A stretch of 63,143 nucleotides of DNA, the filler included, from Dugesia japonica (lineage: Eukaryota): assembly GCA_001938525.1 (NCBI GenBank). It is 6 parts of 6 records of this genome, joined end to end, with 100 filler letters (N's around TTAATTAATTAA, not from the genome) between each part and the next. Parts side by side here need not be neighbours in the genome. Positions count along the whole stretch, not along the records: positions 9,965 to 18,697 come from MQRL01588090.1; positions 18,798 to 28,207 come from MQRL01277058.1; 4 more parts are not named here. One strand, given 5' to 3'. The translations under genes and the position numbers were made by a program. A model generated the notes under the pieces. The model was given only the letters and a program-made list of their open reading frames with translations. It was not told the origin of the DNA and made no database searches. Every line of letters starts with the position of its first letter. Positions within the stretch are counted from its first letter, which is position 1. This document shows, one piece after another, positions 14,530 to 25,708 of the stretch.

Positions 14530-14649
14530 ATTATAATATCCTTATTCTCTATTTGAATAACAAACTAAGTAATCAGAATATTTATTAAATATAAAATTAT
14601 AAGATTAATTCATATTATTTAAACAACGTTATTTAGAATTTCCATAACT
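14529..14649 (-). repeat. 5' LTR (121 bp)
   Basis: AGTTATGG...ATAATT, homologous to 10162-10280 with substitutions and small indels. Confidence 0.9.
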
Positions 14650-15130
14650 GGAATAAACGTAATTTCAAAAATAATTAGAGCTTCTTTTAAATGGGTAAGA
14701 ATTTTGAAAAAAGTTGTTTTATTTTTATGAATTCAAAGTACATATATTCACAAAAAAGTGAACTCAAACACTTTCCCATATATCGTTTATAATTAAAAGC
14801 AAATGTGTGAAATCGCGTTCAAAGTTCCAAAATCTGATTGCTTCTTGAAGGAATGCACCTTTCTAAATCTAAATGTAACGCTAATACCCTTCCAGTGTCA
14901 TTAATTTGAGAATCAAATTGAAGAAATAGNTTGCCGGAAGCAGTTAAAGTATAAGGTTCCCTTACATGAATGTCATATAATGTTCTTTGGAAACCTAGCA
15001 TGGTTTAATTCTGAGCATAGTTTACCATGCAAAGTAATGTCTGAATTTTGCTCATGTCTAGAAAAATTTCATTATCATTTATGGTCTGCATTCTTGTAAG
15101 TATAATTGAAAAATGTGGGAAATTTTGATT
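14650..15130 (-). mobile_element. MULE transposase remnant, 5' part
   Basis: FLQFDSQINDTGRVL and KNKTTFFKILTHLKEALIIFEITFIP. The latter joins in frame to PNIIMLDFE across the gypsy insertion. Confidence 0.7.
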
Positions 15131-15479
15131 TTATATAAACAAAATTATGCCAAATGTTTCGGGATCATTTCATCTACTATTTCTTTTTTTATTAATTTTT
15201 ATAAACAAAATATTACAACGGTTGAACAAAATAAAGCAATAAAAAATAATTAAACAGTTTTTCAAGATTAAATCTAAAACATATATACGAATTTGGACTT
15301 AAATAAATTTAATGTAAAGTAAATTTTATGTCATATAAATTTTATGTAAAATAAATTTTATCTAAAAAAATTTTGCTATAAAGTTTTTTGTCAAAAATAT
15401 TGGATCTTATAAAAAAATGACCGCGGGGTTGGATTTTAAAAATGTATTATTTTAGCATCATGTTTTTAATATGTTAAAA

Positions 15480-18400
15480 TTTAGGGTCATATTTTTAGCA
15501 AATTGAAGAAATCTGCAAAATTTAAAGAATATCAAAAAAAGATTCCAAGTACCTTTATTTTATCTACAATTTTCCGTCAGCAGTTCTGACAACTTTTCAA
15601 GAATTGTTAGATACAGAATCCAAACACCATTTACAGGTCTTAGAGAACCTATAATCAACAGCTGCAAACTTCCAACCTCATATCGTGTGAATAAAATGTT
15701 TCTCCTCGAACCTCTGGGAGATTAAAGATCGTCTTTGACAACTACGCAGACACTTCCAAGAAATAGAGCCTAATTGCAAAGATTCACACTATAGCTTGCT
15801 GTTAAGAAATGCCTTCATAAGAGCTATGCCTTGAAATATCAAGCCTCATCTCGTCTTCAAGGAAAACTGTTCATTGACAGAACTTGGACAACTGACTGAC
15901 AGATGTGCGCAAATCGAATTTTCAACAGTTTTACAGAGCATCATGAGTCGAATAAATTCATGTGAAGTACAGTAACTACGAGATGAGATAAATCAACTAA
16001 TCACTAACAAAAGTCAATATCAACAGATGGAACTTGTTATTACCACTGCAAATATNNNNNNNNNNNNNNNNNNNNNNNNNNNNNNNNNNNNNNNNNNNNN
16101 NNNNNNNNNNNNNAAAATGACAAAGGTTCTCAATAATTCCGGTAATTGAAAACCCCATCACCCTTGAACCGGAACTAATCTCTACAAAATTCAATGTTCC
16201 AGCAAATTATCCAAGCCAGGTAATGAATTTTCTAAGCGACACAAGAGCAGATTTTAGTATTCTACAAGCCAAACAATTTCACATCAATCACTGTAAAACG
16301 ACCAAACAACTAATTTCAGCTAGTGGTAGCACAATACCAACTCAAAGACAACACACGTTGTGCTTTACCATTGTTGGACTTCCACAAAATATTCAAGTAG
16401 ACATTCATTATCACAGAAGTTCGTAAACCGATATTGAGATCAGATTTTTTCAGACATAATGTCATTATAAGATCAGATTTCTTCAGACATAATGTCATTA
16501 TAATAGACTATCGAGGGAATCGAATTATTCTCGACAACAACATAGCGCAAGGATCGCGAAAGAATGATCATTCTAATAGAACAGCGGACAATTATAATTT
16601 ACAACACAAACCAGAACTTTGAATCTTGATATCTGGACACCCTATATTTCAAAAATCTCAACAACTAGCTGGAAAAATGCTTGAAACGGTTTGCCATGGA
16701 TTCGACAAGTCTTTAGAAAAAGGAATTGTTAGTAGAACCATAAGTCCCTGGGCATTTTTCTTGGTTTTTGTCAAAAAGAAAGATAATACCTATCACCCAT
16801 GCGGTGACTACTGAATACTGAATGCCGCTACCATTCTTGACAGGTATCTTTTACTTCGGATTTCAAATATTCTAGATCGTTTGGGAAACAGCTCCATATT
16901 TTCGACAATCGAGCTGGAGAAGGCTTACCATCAAATACTAACCAATCCAGAAGATATTCAAAAAACAGTATGCATCACGTCTTTTGATCTTTTTAAATAT
17001 ACAAGGATTCCATTTTGACTCCGAAATGACTCACAAATTTTACAGCGATACATAGACTCAATTTTTGACCACACTGAAAGCTTCGCAACATGCTATATTG
17101 ATGATATCATNATATTTTCCAAATCAATCGGTGACCACAAAATTCATTTAAAAACTATTAAAGAAATTCTGACGAGAGAAAATCTTCAAATTAATGAAGC
17201 CAAAAGCAAATTCAGAATGGCGTCTGTTGATTTCTTTGGATGCAATATATCTTCACAAGAAGAATAAACCAATCAAAACTCAATATAATAATAGACTGTC
17301 CCTCACCAAATACTGTCAATTCGCTAAGAAGATTTTTATGAGCAGCCACATTCTACAAATGGATTACTCTAAATCTCTCTGAAATAATGGCTCCTCTTCA
17401 TAATCTGTTAGCATCGTTGAACAATACTCGCAGAAGCTACAATGGACATTTGAGCCTGAAAAGGCTTTTTCAGATATCAAAGCAGCACTGAATCGAATTA
17501 AAAGTATGGCTCCACCTGATTCAAACAAAACGTTAATACTGCAAATGAATGCATCAAATATCGCCGTTGAAGCAAGTCTGAATCACGTAGTCAAAGACAA
17601 ACTTGCACCTATCGCATTTTTCTCAAGAAAATTTAACAAGACAGAACAAAGATAATCAATCTTTGACCGTGAACTCTTAGCCATCTATCAAACCATTCAT
17701 CAAAAATTTCAAGCATTACTTAGAAAGCAGCGAATTCACAATTTAACAGATCAGAAGCCACTGCTATATATCCAATCAATGAAAAACCCAACAAACAGGC
17801 ACGGGCGGCATATTGAATTTATCAGTCAGTTCTCATTTCACTTCAAATGCGTAAAAGGAATCAGAAAACGACGTAGCTGACTTCTTATTCAGAATTCCAG
17901 AAGAACTATCTGAAGGCGAAATATTTTCAATAACAAAGGATGAATTGATAAAAGAAAAACAATCAGACGCTTCACTCAGAAAATAACACTCACCAAAAAT
18001 AAAAAAGATCAAGGGAATCTTGACAGGTAATTGCACACAACCCAGAATTTTGCTACCAACGCGATACAGAAAGACTGAATTTGACAAAGTATACAACATT
18101 TCACATCCAGGGGCCAAGAAAACAACAGATTTTATTCGAGCTCACTACGTATGGCCAAAGATGAAACCAAATATCCAAGAATGGACGAGGCAATGCCACA
18201 GATGTCAATCACAAAAAATGACACGTCATAAGCTATACTTTTTTAAACGTCTTCCTGAATTAGAAAAGTTCAAAGTGATACATATGGATATTGTCGGACC
18301 TCTATCCCAATGTGAAGGAAAGTGATTTATTCTTAAGATGATCGATCGTGAAACATCTGAAGCAATACCATTAAATGAGATAACTACAAAGCGGTTGTAG

Positions 18401-18602
18401 ATGCGGTCGAAAAAGTATGTATCAGTNNNNNNNNNNNNNNNNNNNNNNNNNNNNNNNNNNNNNNNNNNNNNNNNNNNNNNNNNNNNNNNNNNNNNNNNNN
18501 CAAGAGATACGGAATCGATCACGCAACACAACAGCATACCGTCCAAAATGTAACGGTATAATTGAGAGACTTCATCGAACCCTACCCAAAAAAGCATTAT
18601 AA
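15480..18602 (+). mobile_element. Decayed Ty3/gypsy gag-pol remnant
   Basis: Protease FLSDTRADFSIL; RT SPWAFFLVFVKKKDNTYHPCGDY and YIDDI (~17094); RNase H; integrase YNISHPG..CHRC, IHMDIVGPL, TTAYRPKCNGIIERLHRTL. LTRs not found. Confidence 0.9.
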
Positions 18603-18862
18603 AACGATATGTTTTTAATTTGAAGTCTAATAAAATAAATAGAAATATTTACAAACTATGCATACAATTATTATAAAAATATATAAAGAAATGTTTTNNN
18701 NNNNNNNNNNNNNNNNNNNNNNNNNNNNNNNNNNNNNNNNNTTAATTAATTAANNNNNNNNNNNNNNNNNNNNNNNNNNNNNNNNNNNNNNNNNNNNTAT
18801 ATATATATATATAAGTAATAGGAAAACCACTTTTTAGGCTCAGAGGGTCACCCTTTTTTATC

Positions 18863-18970
18863 ATGTCACGTGTCACATTTACCATACCAAATGTCACATG
18901 TCACGTGTCACATTTACCATACCAAATGTCACATTTCACGTGTCAAATGTCGCATTTTACGTGTCACATT
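18863..18970 (+). repeat. Subterminal tandem repeats with CACGTG boxes
   Basis: 35-bp unit ATGTCACGTGTCACATTTACCATACCAAATGTCAC twice plus degenerate copies. CACGTG at 18867, 18902 and 18937. Confidence 0.85.
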
Positions 18971-19056
18971 TCATAATAAAATTTCATAATAACATCCTCT
19001 TAAATAACAAAACATCCTCTTTTTACTCTCTATGATTAAATTATTTCTTTATAAAA

Positions 19057-22000
19057 ATGCCAACGAAAATAATTAAATGCGAAAATTGTAATAAAACATT
19101 TAAAAACTTAGCAGGTTTAAAGGGTCATATTAGATCTAAAATCTGTATTAAATCAGCAGATCAATTTAAATGTAATAAATGTAATAAATTATTTAAAACT
19201 GAAAATGATCTAAAATCCCATTTAAATGCAACAAAATGTGGAAATGAAATTGTCCCATTATTCTGTGAAACATGCAATAAAAAATTTTTAAAACAAAATC
19301 ATGCAAGAACACATTATAATTCTCCAATTCATAAAAATATGGTAATTAAAAAAGAAAATGAAAAAAAGGCTCGCGAAGAGGTCATTAAAAAAGATGAAGA
19401 AATTAGAGATATTTTAAAACCATATTCTGATTATGATATTGAATATTTAGGAAACACTAAAGTCTCAATGTATTATGATGTGGAAAAATTATATTCAATT
19501 CCTATTAGAAATATTAATGCATTTAAAAATGACGTGAAAGAAATTATCACTAAATATTTTAAATCTACAAATGAAGTAGTTATTTATTCAATTGTAGTAA
19601 AATGTAGATATATAAAAGAAATTAATAATGAATATTCCCAAGGAGACTTTTATTCTCGTTCTAAAAACAATACAATAACATTTTTAAATGAGATCAATGA
19701 TAATGTACATGAAACATTTCAAGAATTAGAAAAACTTATTGAAGATGAAGATCGCGAAGGATCTGGCTGGTCATTTTTGCATATTTTAAATTATACATTA
19801 GAACTTTTTAAATATCAATCTAAAAATGGAGCAACATTTATTAAATTACCATTTAAAAAACAAGGTGTTATAAATATAGAAAACACAGATGACAAATGTT
19901 TCTTATATTCAATTCTAGCTCACAAATATCCAGTTGATAATCCAACACGTGTTTCTAATTACACTCCACATTTATCAGAATTAAAATATCAAAATGAAAT
20001 ATTACCAATGAAAATAATTGATGTCTCTAAATTTGAAAAATTAAATAATTATCAAATAAATGTTTTCGGTGTCAATGATTCTATTTCACATCACACAAGA
20101 AATCCTAAACCTGAAGAAAATAAATGCAACCTTTTGATATATAAAAATCATTATATTCTATGTCGAGATCTAGGTGTATTCTTCTCAAAAAATGGAAATA
20201 AAAATTATCCGTGCATACGATGTATGAATTCTTATTCCAGTGAAGAAATATTAATTGAACATCAACAAGCTTGTATTAATCACAGACCAAATAACATTGT
20301 ATTTCCATATAATAATTATTATTATTTTAATAAATTTTACATGAAAAATAAAATACCTTTCATATTAATAGGTGATTTCGAAGCATACACAGATATTACA
20401 ACTAAAAAACAAAAAGCTATATCTTTAGGAATTTATCTTCACAGTGAACACCAAAATCTATTAGAATCTAAATATTATGAATTTACTTCTGAAAATATTT
20501 ATCTTGAATTCTTTAAATTTTTAGAAGACACTAATGAAAAACTAGAAGATATAAAAGAAAATAAATTAATAAAAGAATGTCTATATGACTACCCAGCATA
20601 TAATAATGAAAATTGTTATTATTGTAATAAAATAATAAAAGACACTCCAGTTTTAGATCATAATCATTTCACAGGAGAACCTCGTGGATATTCATGTAAC
20701 AAATGTAATTTAAATGATCTCTCAGTTAAAAATCTATTTATACCATTTTATTTTCATAACGCATCCGGCTATGATAATCATTTATTTTTCAGAGAACTTC
20801 TAACAAAATTTCCAGGAAAAGTAAAAAAGATAATTCCACATTCTTCTGATAATTATATTTCATTTTCATATGAAAATATTAGATTCTTAGATTCAGCCAG
20901 ACTATTACCATTTACATCTGTTGAAGTAATGGGTAATCTTCTAACATCTTCAGGAAATTATCCAATATTAACATCCTATAATCTAAGACCTAAAAAAATA
21001 ATATTTCCATACGAATATTTAAAAGGTAACAATCCACAAGAAGTCATAGAATTATTAAAATCCAATAGAATCCCAGAGAAAAATGATTTCTTTAACACTC
21101 TAACACAAAAATCAATATCTGATACTGATTATCAAGAATTTTTAGATGACTTATGCGGAGCACAAACCGAAGGTGGCACAAGAAATTTTGAAAATATGCT
21201 AGAATACATGTTACACTATATGAAATTAGATGTTTTAATTCTAACAGATTTCTTAGAAAATTTTAGAGTTTCATGTTTAAATAATATCCTAAAATTAGAT
21301 CCATGCTATTCATATTCAGCACCAGGATATTCATGGGAAACTGGAATGTTAAATGCAAATATAAAACTTAAATATGCTAAACCCGAAACCTATGACATTT
21401 TCTTAACAGTTGAATCTGGAATACGCGGTGGCTATTCTGGTGTTCTAGGTGAACGTCAAGTATTTTCACATAATAAAAATAAAGAACCATTTACTAAACA
21501 AATGAATAAATCTCAATTTGAAGATCTAATAAAAATGATGAATACCCAAGAATTTCTTCCAGATGAATATCTTAATGATTTAATGGAAGAAACATTTATA
21601 AAATATATTGATGAAAATTCTCTTTACGCATCATGTATGACAAGACCATTACCAACAGGTGAATTCCGTGAGTGTTCTGAGTTAACATATTCTATTTCAA
21701 CAGATAACATTAATTACATCTATGAAGTCGATCTTGAATATCCTAAAGAGATCCACGATAAAACAAAATATTTTCCACTGGCACCTGAAAGATTACTTAT
21801 CACTTCTGAAATGTTATCTAATTACCAATTAAGCTTTCAACGAAAATTAACAAAAGATAATATTAAACTAACATTAAATCAATTAGATAAAAAGAATTAT
21901 ACTGTCCTCGGTTCAACATTAGATCTATATCTCAAACATGGCATGAAACTTACAAAAGTTCACAAAAAGATTGAAATGAAAACATCTACATGGTTTAAAG

Positions 22001-22872
22001 AACATGTTCACAGATTAATCTCTTTAAGAAAAGAATCTAAAAAAATAAAAGATGTATTTGGAGATTACATTTACAAGTTAATGTTAAATGCTTTCTATGG
22101 CAAAACCCTAGAAAATATCAGAAATCGATGTAACATTGAAATTGTTGATAATGAGAAAGATTTCCGAAAGTTTATAAGAAAACCAACATTTAAATCATCT
22201 AAAATCTTTTGTTTAAATGATTCAAATGAAGCCACAGTTGCCGCAGTTAATATGATAAAATCCAAATTAAAATATAACAAATTTCCATATATTGGTTTCA
22301 CAATCCTCGAACATGCAAAACAAGTAATGTATGATTTTGTATACAATCAACTACAACCGTTGATTTTTGAAGATAACTATAAAATTCATTATTCCGACAC
22401 GGACTGCGTCTTTATAGAAATAAAACATAGAGATAACTTAATAAAATTAGAAAGTTTACTTGGCGATAATCTATTTCAAATGAAAGATGAAAAACCTAAT
22501 TGTGAAATATTACAAGGTAATTTTATAAAATCAAAATCATATTCTTATTCTTATACCGAAAGCCAAGGACAAGGCTACGACTCTAGAAATAAAGGTGTCA
22601 AGAAAAATAATAAATTATTAATGTCAGATTTTGATTCAGTATTAAATGATTCCAAGAAAATAATCTATGGAACAAATTATACATTAAAATCAGATTGTCA
22701 TGAAATTGAATTAATTTCTCAAAAGAAAATTGCATTAATGGCCTTTGATGATAAAAGAATCATCGAAGATAACGCAACAAAAACATGGCCACATGGTAAC
22801 CAATTTTATTGTGAAACATGCTTACAATGGCATTTAAGATTAGATAAAATCAACAACCTCTTAAATTGTTAA
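19057..22872 (+). CDS. polB: Protein-primed family B DNA polymerase with N-terminal C2H2-type zinc fingers, OTU-like protease region and HNH/endonuclease VII-like insert
   Basis: 1271-aa intact ORF. ExoI IGDFEAY, ExoII FHNASGYD, ExoIII YMKLDV; polymerase motifs YIDENSLY, KLMLNAFYGK, YSDTDC. EndoVII-like CYYC..DHNHFTGEPRGYSCNKCN. DDKCFLYSI...NHY Cys/His pair. Confidence 0.96.
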   Translation: MPTKIIKCENCNKTFKNLAGLKGHIRSKICIKSADQFKCNKCNKLFKTENDLKSHLNATKCGNEIVPLFCETCNKKFLKQNHARTHYNSPIHKNMVIKKENEKKAREEVIKKDEEIRDILKPYSDYDIEYLGNTKVSMYYDVEKLYSIPIRNINAFKNDVKEIITKYFKSTNEVVIYSIVVKCRYIKEINNEYSQGDFYSRSKNNTITFLNEINDNVHETFQELEKLIEDEDREGSGWSFLHILNYTLELFKYQSKNGATFIKLPFKKQGVINIENTDDKCFLYSILAHKYPVDNPTRVSNYTPHLSELKYQNEILPMKIIDVSKFEKLNNYQINVFGVNDSISHHTRNPKPEENKCNLLIYKNHYILCRDLGVFFSKNGNKNYPCIRCMNSYSSEEILIEHQQACINHRPNNIVFPYNNYYYFNKFYMKNKIPFILIGDFEAYTDITTKKQKAISLGIYLHSEHQNLLESKYYEFTSENIYLEFFKFLEDTNEKLEDIKENKLIKECLYDYPAYNNENCYYCNKIIKDTPVLDHNHFTGEPRGYSCNKCNLNDLSVKNLFIPFYFHNASGYDNHLFFRELLTKFPGKVKKIIPHSSDNYISFSYENIRFLDSARLLPFTSVEVMGNLLTSSGNYPILTSYNLRPKKIIFPYEYLKGNNPQEVIELLKSNRIPEKNDFFNTLTQKSISDTDYQEFLDDLCGAQTEGGTRNFENMLEYMLHYMKLDVLILTDFLENFRVSCLNNILKLDPCYSYSAPGYSWETGMLNANIKLKYAKPETYDIFLTVESGIRGGYSGVLGERQVFSHNKNKEPFTKQMNKSQFEDLIKMMNTQEFLPDEYLNDLMEETFIKYIDENSLYASCMTRPLPTGEFRECSELTYSISTDNINYIYEVDLEYPKEIHDKTKYFPLAPERLLITSEMLSNYQLSFQRKLTKDNIKLTLNQLDKKNYTVLGSTLDLYLKHGMKLTKVHKKIEMKTSTWFKEHVHRLISLRKESKKIKDVFGDYIYKLMLNAFYGKTLENIRNRCNIEIVDNEKDFRKFIRKPTFKSSKIFCLNDSNEATVAAVNMIKSKLKYNKFPYIGFTILEHAKQVMYDFVYNQLQPLIFEDNYKIHYSDTDCVFIEIKHRDNLIKLESLLGDNLFQMKDEKPNCEILQGNFIKSKSYSYSYTESQGQGYDSRNKGVKKNNKLLMSDFDSVLNDSKKIIYGTNYTLKSDCHEIELISQKKIALMAFDDKRIIEDNATKTWPHGNQFYCETCLQWHLRLDKINNLLNC

Positions 22873-22881
22873 TATAGAAAA

Positions 22882-23622
22882 ATGGGTGATAATAATATAA
22901 CAGAAGAAGAATTAGTAAAATTAGTTAATTCTAGAAAATGTAAATCTGTGAAGATCAATGGTAAAAATTATTATATTTCTAAAAAAATTAAAGATGAACT
23001 CAAGAAAGTTCCAAAAGAAGGTGGATTTGCATTTCTAGCTGCTATTCCAGCAATAATTGCAGCATTAGCAACTTCAACTGGAATAGCATCTGGAATTGCT
23101 TCTACAGTTTCAAATTCTAGAGATGCTATCAAAAAACAAAAAGAAACAGAATTAATTGAATTACAAAAACAAAATGAGGCTAAAAAACTAGCAAACTCCA
23201 CAGGACCAGTTACAACCACAGGACAAGTTACAACCACAGGATCAGGAATCAAAAACCACGAGGGCAACAAGAAAAAAGCAAAAAAACATGGTAAAGGACA
23301 GAAAAAACAGAATAAAGCAACAAGCGCGAAAAAACAGAAAAAACATGGTAAAGGTATTTTTTTAAATCCATATCAAGGAACTGCAATACATAAATATTTA
23401 AAAAATATTGATCCTAAATTTAAATCCTTAACTAAAAAGTTTAAATCTGGAACTCAAATAATTAAGAAAGGAAAAGGTATTTATTTAAATCCATATAAAT
23501 CCGGAAAAGGTATTGAAACTGAAACCGAAGATGAAGATGATGATGATGAAACCGAAGATGAAGATGATGAAGATGATGATGAAGATGAAGATGATGAAAC
23601 CGAAACTGAAGATGATGAATAA
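22882..23622 (+). CDS. Putative virion core protein (adenovirus pX/pVII-like), basic with an acidic tail
   Basis: KEGGFAFLAAIPAIIAALA resembles the GG+hydrophobic segment of adenovirus pX and of Polinton core proteins. Repeated GKG/GSG motifs, duplicated GKGI(F/Y)LNPY, K-rich middle, D/E C-terminal tail. Confidence 0.7.
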   Translation: MGDNNITEEELVKLVNSRKCKSVKINGKNYYISKKIKDELKKVPKEGGFAFLAAIPAIIAALATSTGIASGIASTVSNSRDAIKKQKETELIELQKQNEAKKLANSTGPVTTTGQVTTTGSGIKNHEGNKKKAKKHGKGQKKQNKATSAKKQKKHGKGIFLNPYQGTAIHKYLKNIDPKFKSLTKKFKSGTQIIKKGKGIYLNPYKSGKGIETETEDEDDDDETEDEDDEDDDEDEDDETETEDDE

Positions 23623-23673
23623 AACCCATAAAATCCATAAAGGAAGAAAGGGCCAAAATTAAATCTTTATAAA

Positions 23674-24945
23674 ATGGTTGAAAATAGAATTAAAGATTTA
23701 AAAGCTCTAATTGCTGCACAAGAAAAATATAATATTTTTTTCTGTAATAAAGTTCAAGATTATAACACTTTACAATCTAATTTATCCACTTTACAATTAC
23801 CAACTATCTCCGCAATTGAAAAACTTGGAATAAAACAAGAAACAATAGAAACTAGAGATATAACAAAATTCTTTTTAAATGAAAAAATCTTACCATTCAC
23901 ACCAGAATATTCAATTGATAACATTAATGCAACCGGGAAATTAACTCAAACAATTATTCCTAAATTTTCTAGATTAGATATTGCAGCAACTGATAAAATT
24001 AAAAGTTTTATAGAAATAAATTTAAAAGGAAATAATATTTATTTATTCACCGAAGAAGATAATAAAAGTTTCTTATTTAAATCTGAAGTTATACCATACA
24101 CTGATGGAATTTTTAGATTAATCCTAGGAAACCTAGATGGAAAAGAAACACCTGAAGATATCGAGACTTATTTAAAATTTATATCTCCTTTGCCAACTAA
24201 TTGTGATTATGTTATTAAATTAAAAAATAAATTTAGAAAAGTTGAACTCGAAAAACCTAAAAGATCCAAAGAAAAATCCACAGGGGACGGAAAAATATCT
24301 ATCCCACAACAAGAATCAGAACCTGAAACAGAAAAATCAGTAATACAAGAAAACTCAACCAAGGAATTATTAGCAATATTTAATAAAGATAATTTAGTAC
24401 CATATGAATTTAAAAATACAATAACAAAAAAATTAACAGAATCAACAACACCAGAAGTTTTTAAAAAAACTATTAATGGAAAAGAATTCAAGTTCATGAA
24501 ATTTCCTAATAATGTTAATAATATATATTTTTATAAAAGGGATGATTATGGTTATTATCATGATGGTATAAGAAGTCATGCATTAGATAATAATTTAATT
24601 AATATATTTTTAGGAAACACAGAAAATCTAACAAAGGAAGACATAAAAAAAAATATTGTTACATATGCAAATTTGGTAAAACCACCTGTTGATGATGCAT
24701 ATTATAATTCTTTAAAGAAAAAAAGTGGAAGTGGACTCAAAAACCAAAACCATAAAGGAAGACACAAGGCAAAAACGACTAATCCATTAGCATTATTTGA
24801 AAAGTTAACATTGTTAATTTCAGCTGCAAAATCTGGACATAACAATTTACATGCTGAAATTAAATCTTTATGTAAACAATTAAAATCTAAAGGTTTATTA
24901 TCTAACAAGATATATAAAAATTATAAAACTAAATATTTTAGCTAA
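23674..24945 (+). CDS. Conserved Polinton uncharacterised protein
   Basis: 423-aa intact ORF. The C-terminus SGSGL...PLALFEKLTLLISAAKSGHNNLHAEIKSLCKQLKSKGLL matches the P.EL..RL.LL.AS..AGN....EI..I...L...G.I motif common in invertebrate Polintons. Confidence 0.7.
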   Translation: MVENRIKDLKALIAAQEKYNIFFCNKVQDYNTLQSNLSTLQLPTISAIEKLGIKQETIETRDITKFFLNEKILPFTPEYSIDNINATGKLTQTIIPKFSRLDIAATDKIKSFIEINLKGNNIYLFTEEDNKSFLFKSEVIPYTDGIFRLILGNLDGKETPEDIETYLKFISPLPTNCDYVIKLKNKFRKVELEKPKRSKEKSTGDGKISIPQQESEPETEKSVIQENSTKELLAIFNKDNLVPYEFKNTITKKLTESTTPEVFKKTINGKEFKFMKFPNNVNNIYFYKRDDYGYYHDGIRSHALDNNLINIFLGNTENLTKEDIKKNIVTYANLVKPPVDDAYYNSLKKKSGSGLKNQNHKGRHKAKTTNPLALFEKLTLLISAAKSGHNNLHAEIKSLCKQLKSKGLLSNKIYKNYKTKYFS

Positions 24946-24950
24946 ACAAA

Positions 24951-25622
24951 ATGTCTCATCAATTCTTAGTAGTTGGAACAGAACAAGATTTAAAAATTAA
25001 TTTAGATTATCCGATAAAGTTAGATTCAGAATATGAACTTGGCATGTTATATTTTTCATGTTACAATATTATTTTTAATATCAACAATCTAAATAATAAA
25101 TTCATTATCGATGGAAAACCACAAGGGCTAGAACCAGGATCATATGAAGTTAAAGAAATATCAAATCGATTAGAAAAATATCTAGAAATTAAACCTGACA
25201 CTGCAACATCTAAATGTAACATCAAAACTAAAATCACAATAGAATTTGATAACAAATCATTCTTCCATACATTACTAGGATTTAAACCTGGAAAATACGA
25301 TCCTGGAAATTATTATTCTTCTGATAAGATTAACATTACAAATATTAACTCGATAAATATAACTTGTAATATTGTTAAAGGTAACTATGTCACTAACAAA
25401 CAGGACACAACAAATATTAATCTTTTATATTCATTTCCAATAAATACCGTTCCATTTGGATATAAAATAGTTGAACGTCCATCACCAGCNNNNNNNNNNN
25501 NNNNNNNNNNNNNNNNNNNNGACGGTTTTAAATTTAACATCGTAGATGAAAACTTTAACACCATCGACTTTAACCAAGAAACAATTACAATTTTAGCTCA
25601 TTTACGTAAATATCGACTTTAA
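24951..25622 (+). CDS. Minor capsid protein (penton, single jelly roll)
   Basis: PIKLDSEYELGM, FNINNLNNKF, PGSYEVKEI, INITCNIVKGNY, PFGYKIVERP, IVDENFNTIDFNQETITILAHLRK are Polinton minor-capsid signatures. Confidence 0.88.
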   Translation: MSHQFLVVGTEQDLKINLDYPIKLDSEYELGMLYFSCYNIIFNINNLNNKFIIDGKPQGLEPGSYEVKEISNRLEKYLEIKPDTATSKCNIKTKITIEFDNKSFFHTLLGFKPGKYDPGNYYSSDKINITNINSINITCNIVKGNYVTNKQDTTNINLLYSFPINTVPFGYKIVERPSPXXXXXXXXXXXDGFKFNIVDENFNTIDFNQETITILAHLRKYRL

Positions 25623-25708
25623 AATATCTGTTTCTGAAGTGTTTTCAAAAATATCTGTAATAGGTTTAGGTTTAATATTTTTGATTAAAGATGCCAAAAA
25701 GACATTTT

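Larger units (their letters stand above)
10162..14649 (-). mobile_element. Full-length decayed Ty3/gypsy LTR retrotransposon (gag-PR-RT-RH-IN)
   Basis: Paired LTRs, PBS and PPT. Gag CCHC knuckles CYYCGEYRHKRYQC and CLICGKSGHNFRSC; protease LWDSGA; RT VYLDDIL; RNase H DTDAS; integrase HEDLCH..C, VDIAH, SPYQHQLNGLVER. Confidence 0.95.

Noticed and set aside
16436-16502. 33-bp tandem duplication in the gypsy protease region
   Set aside because: An ordinary local duplication in a dead element with no sign of function.
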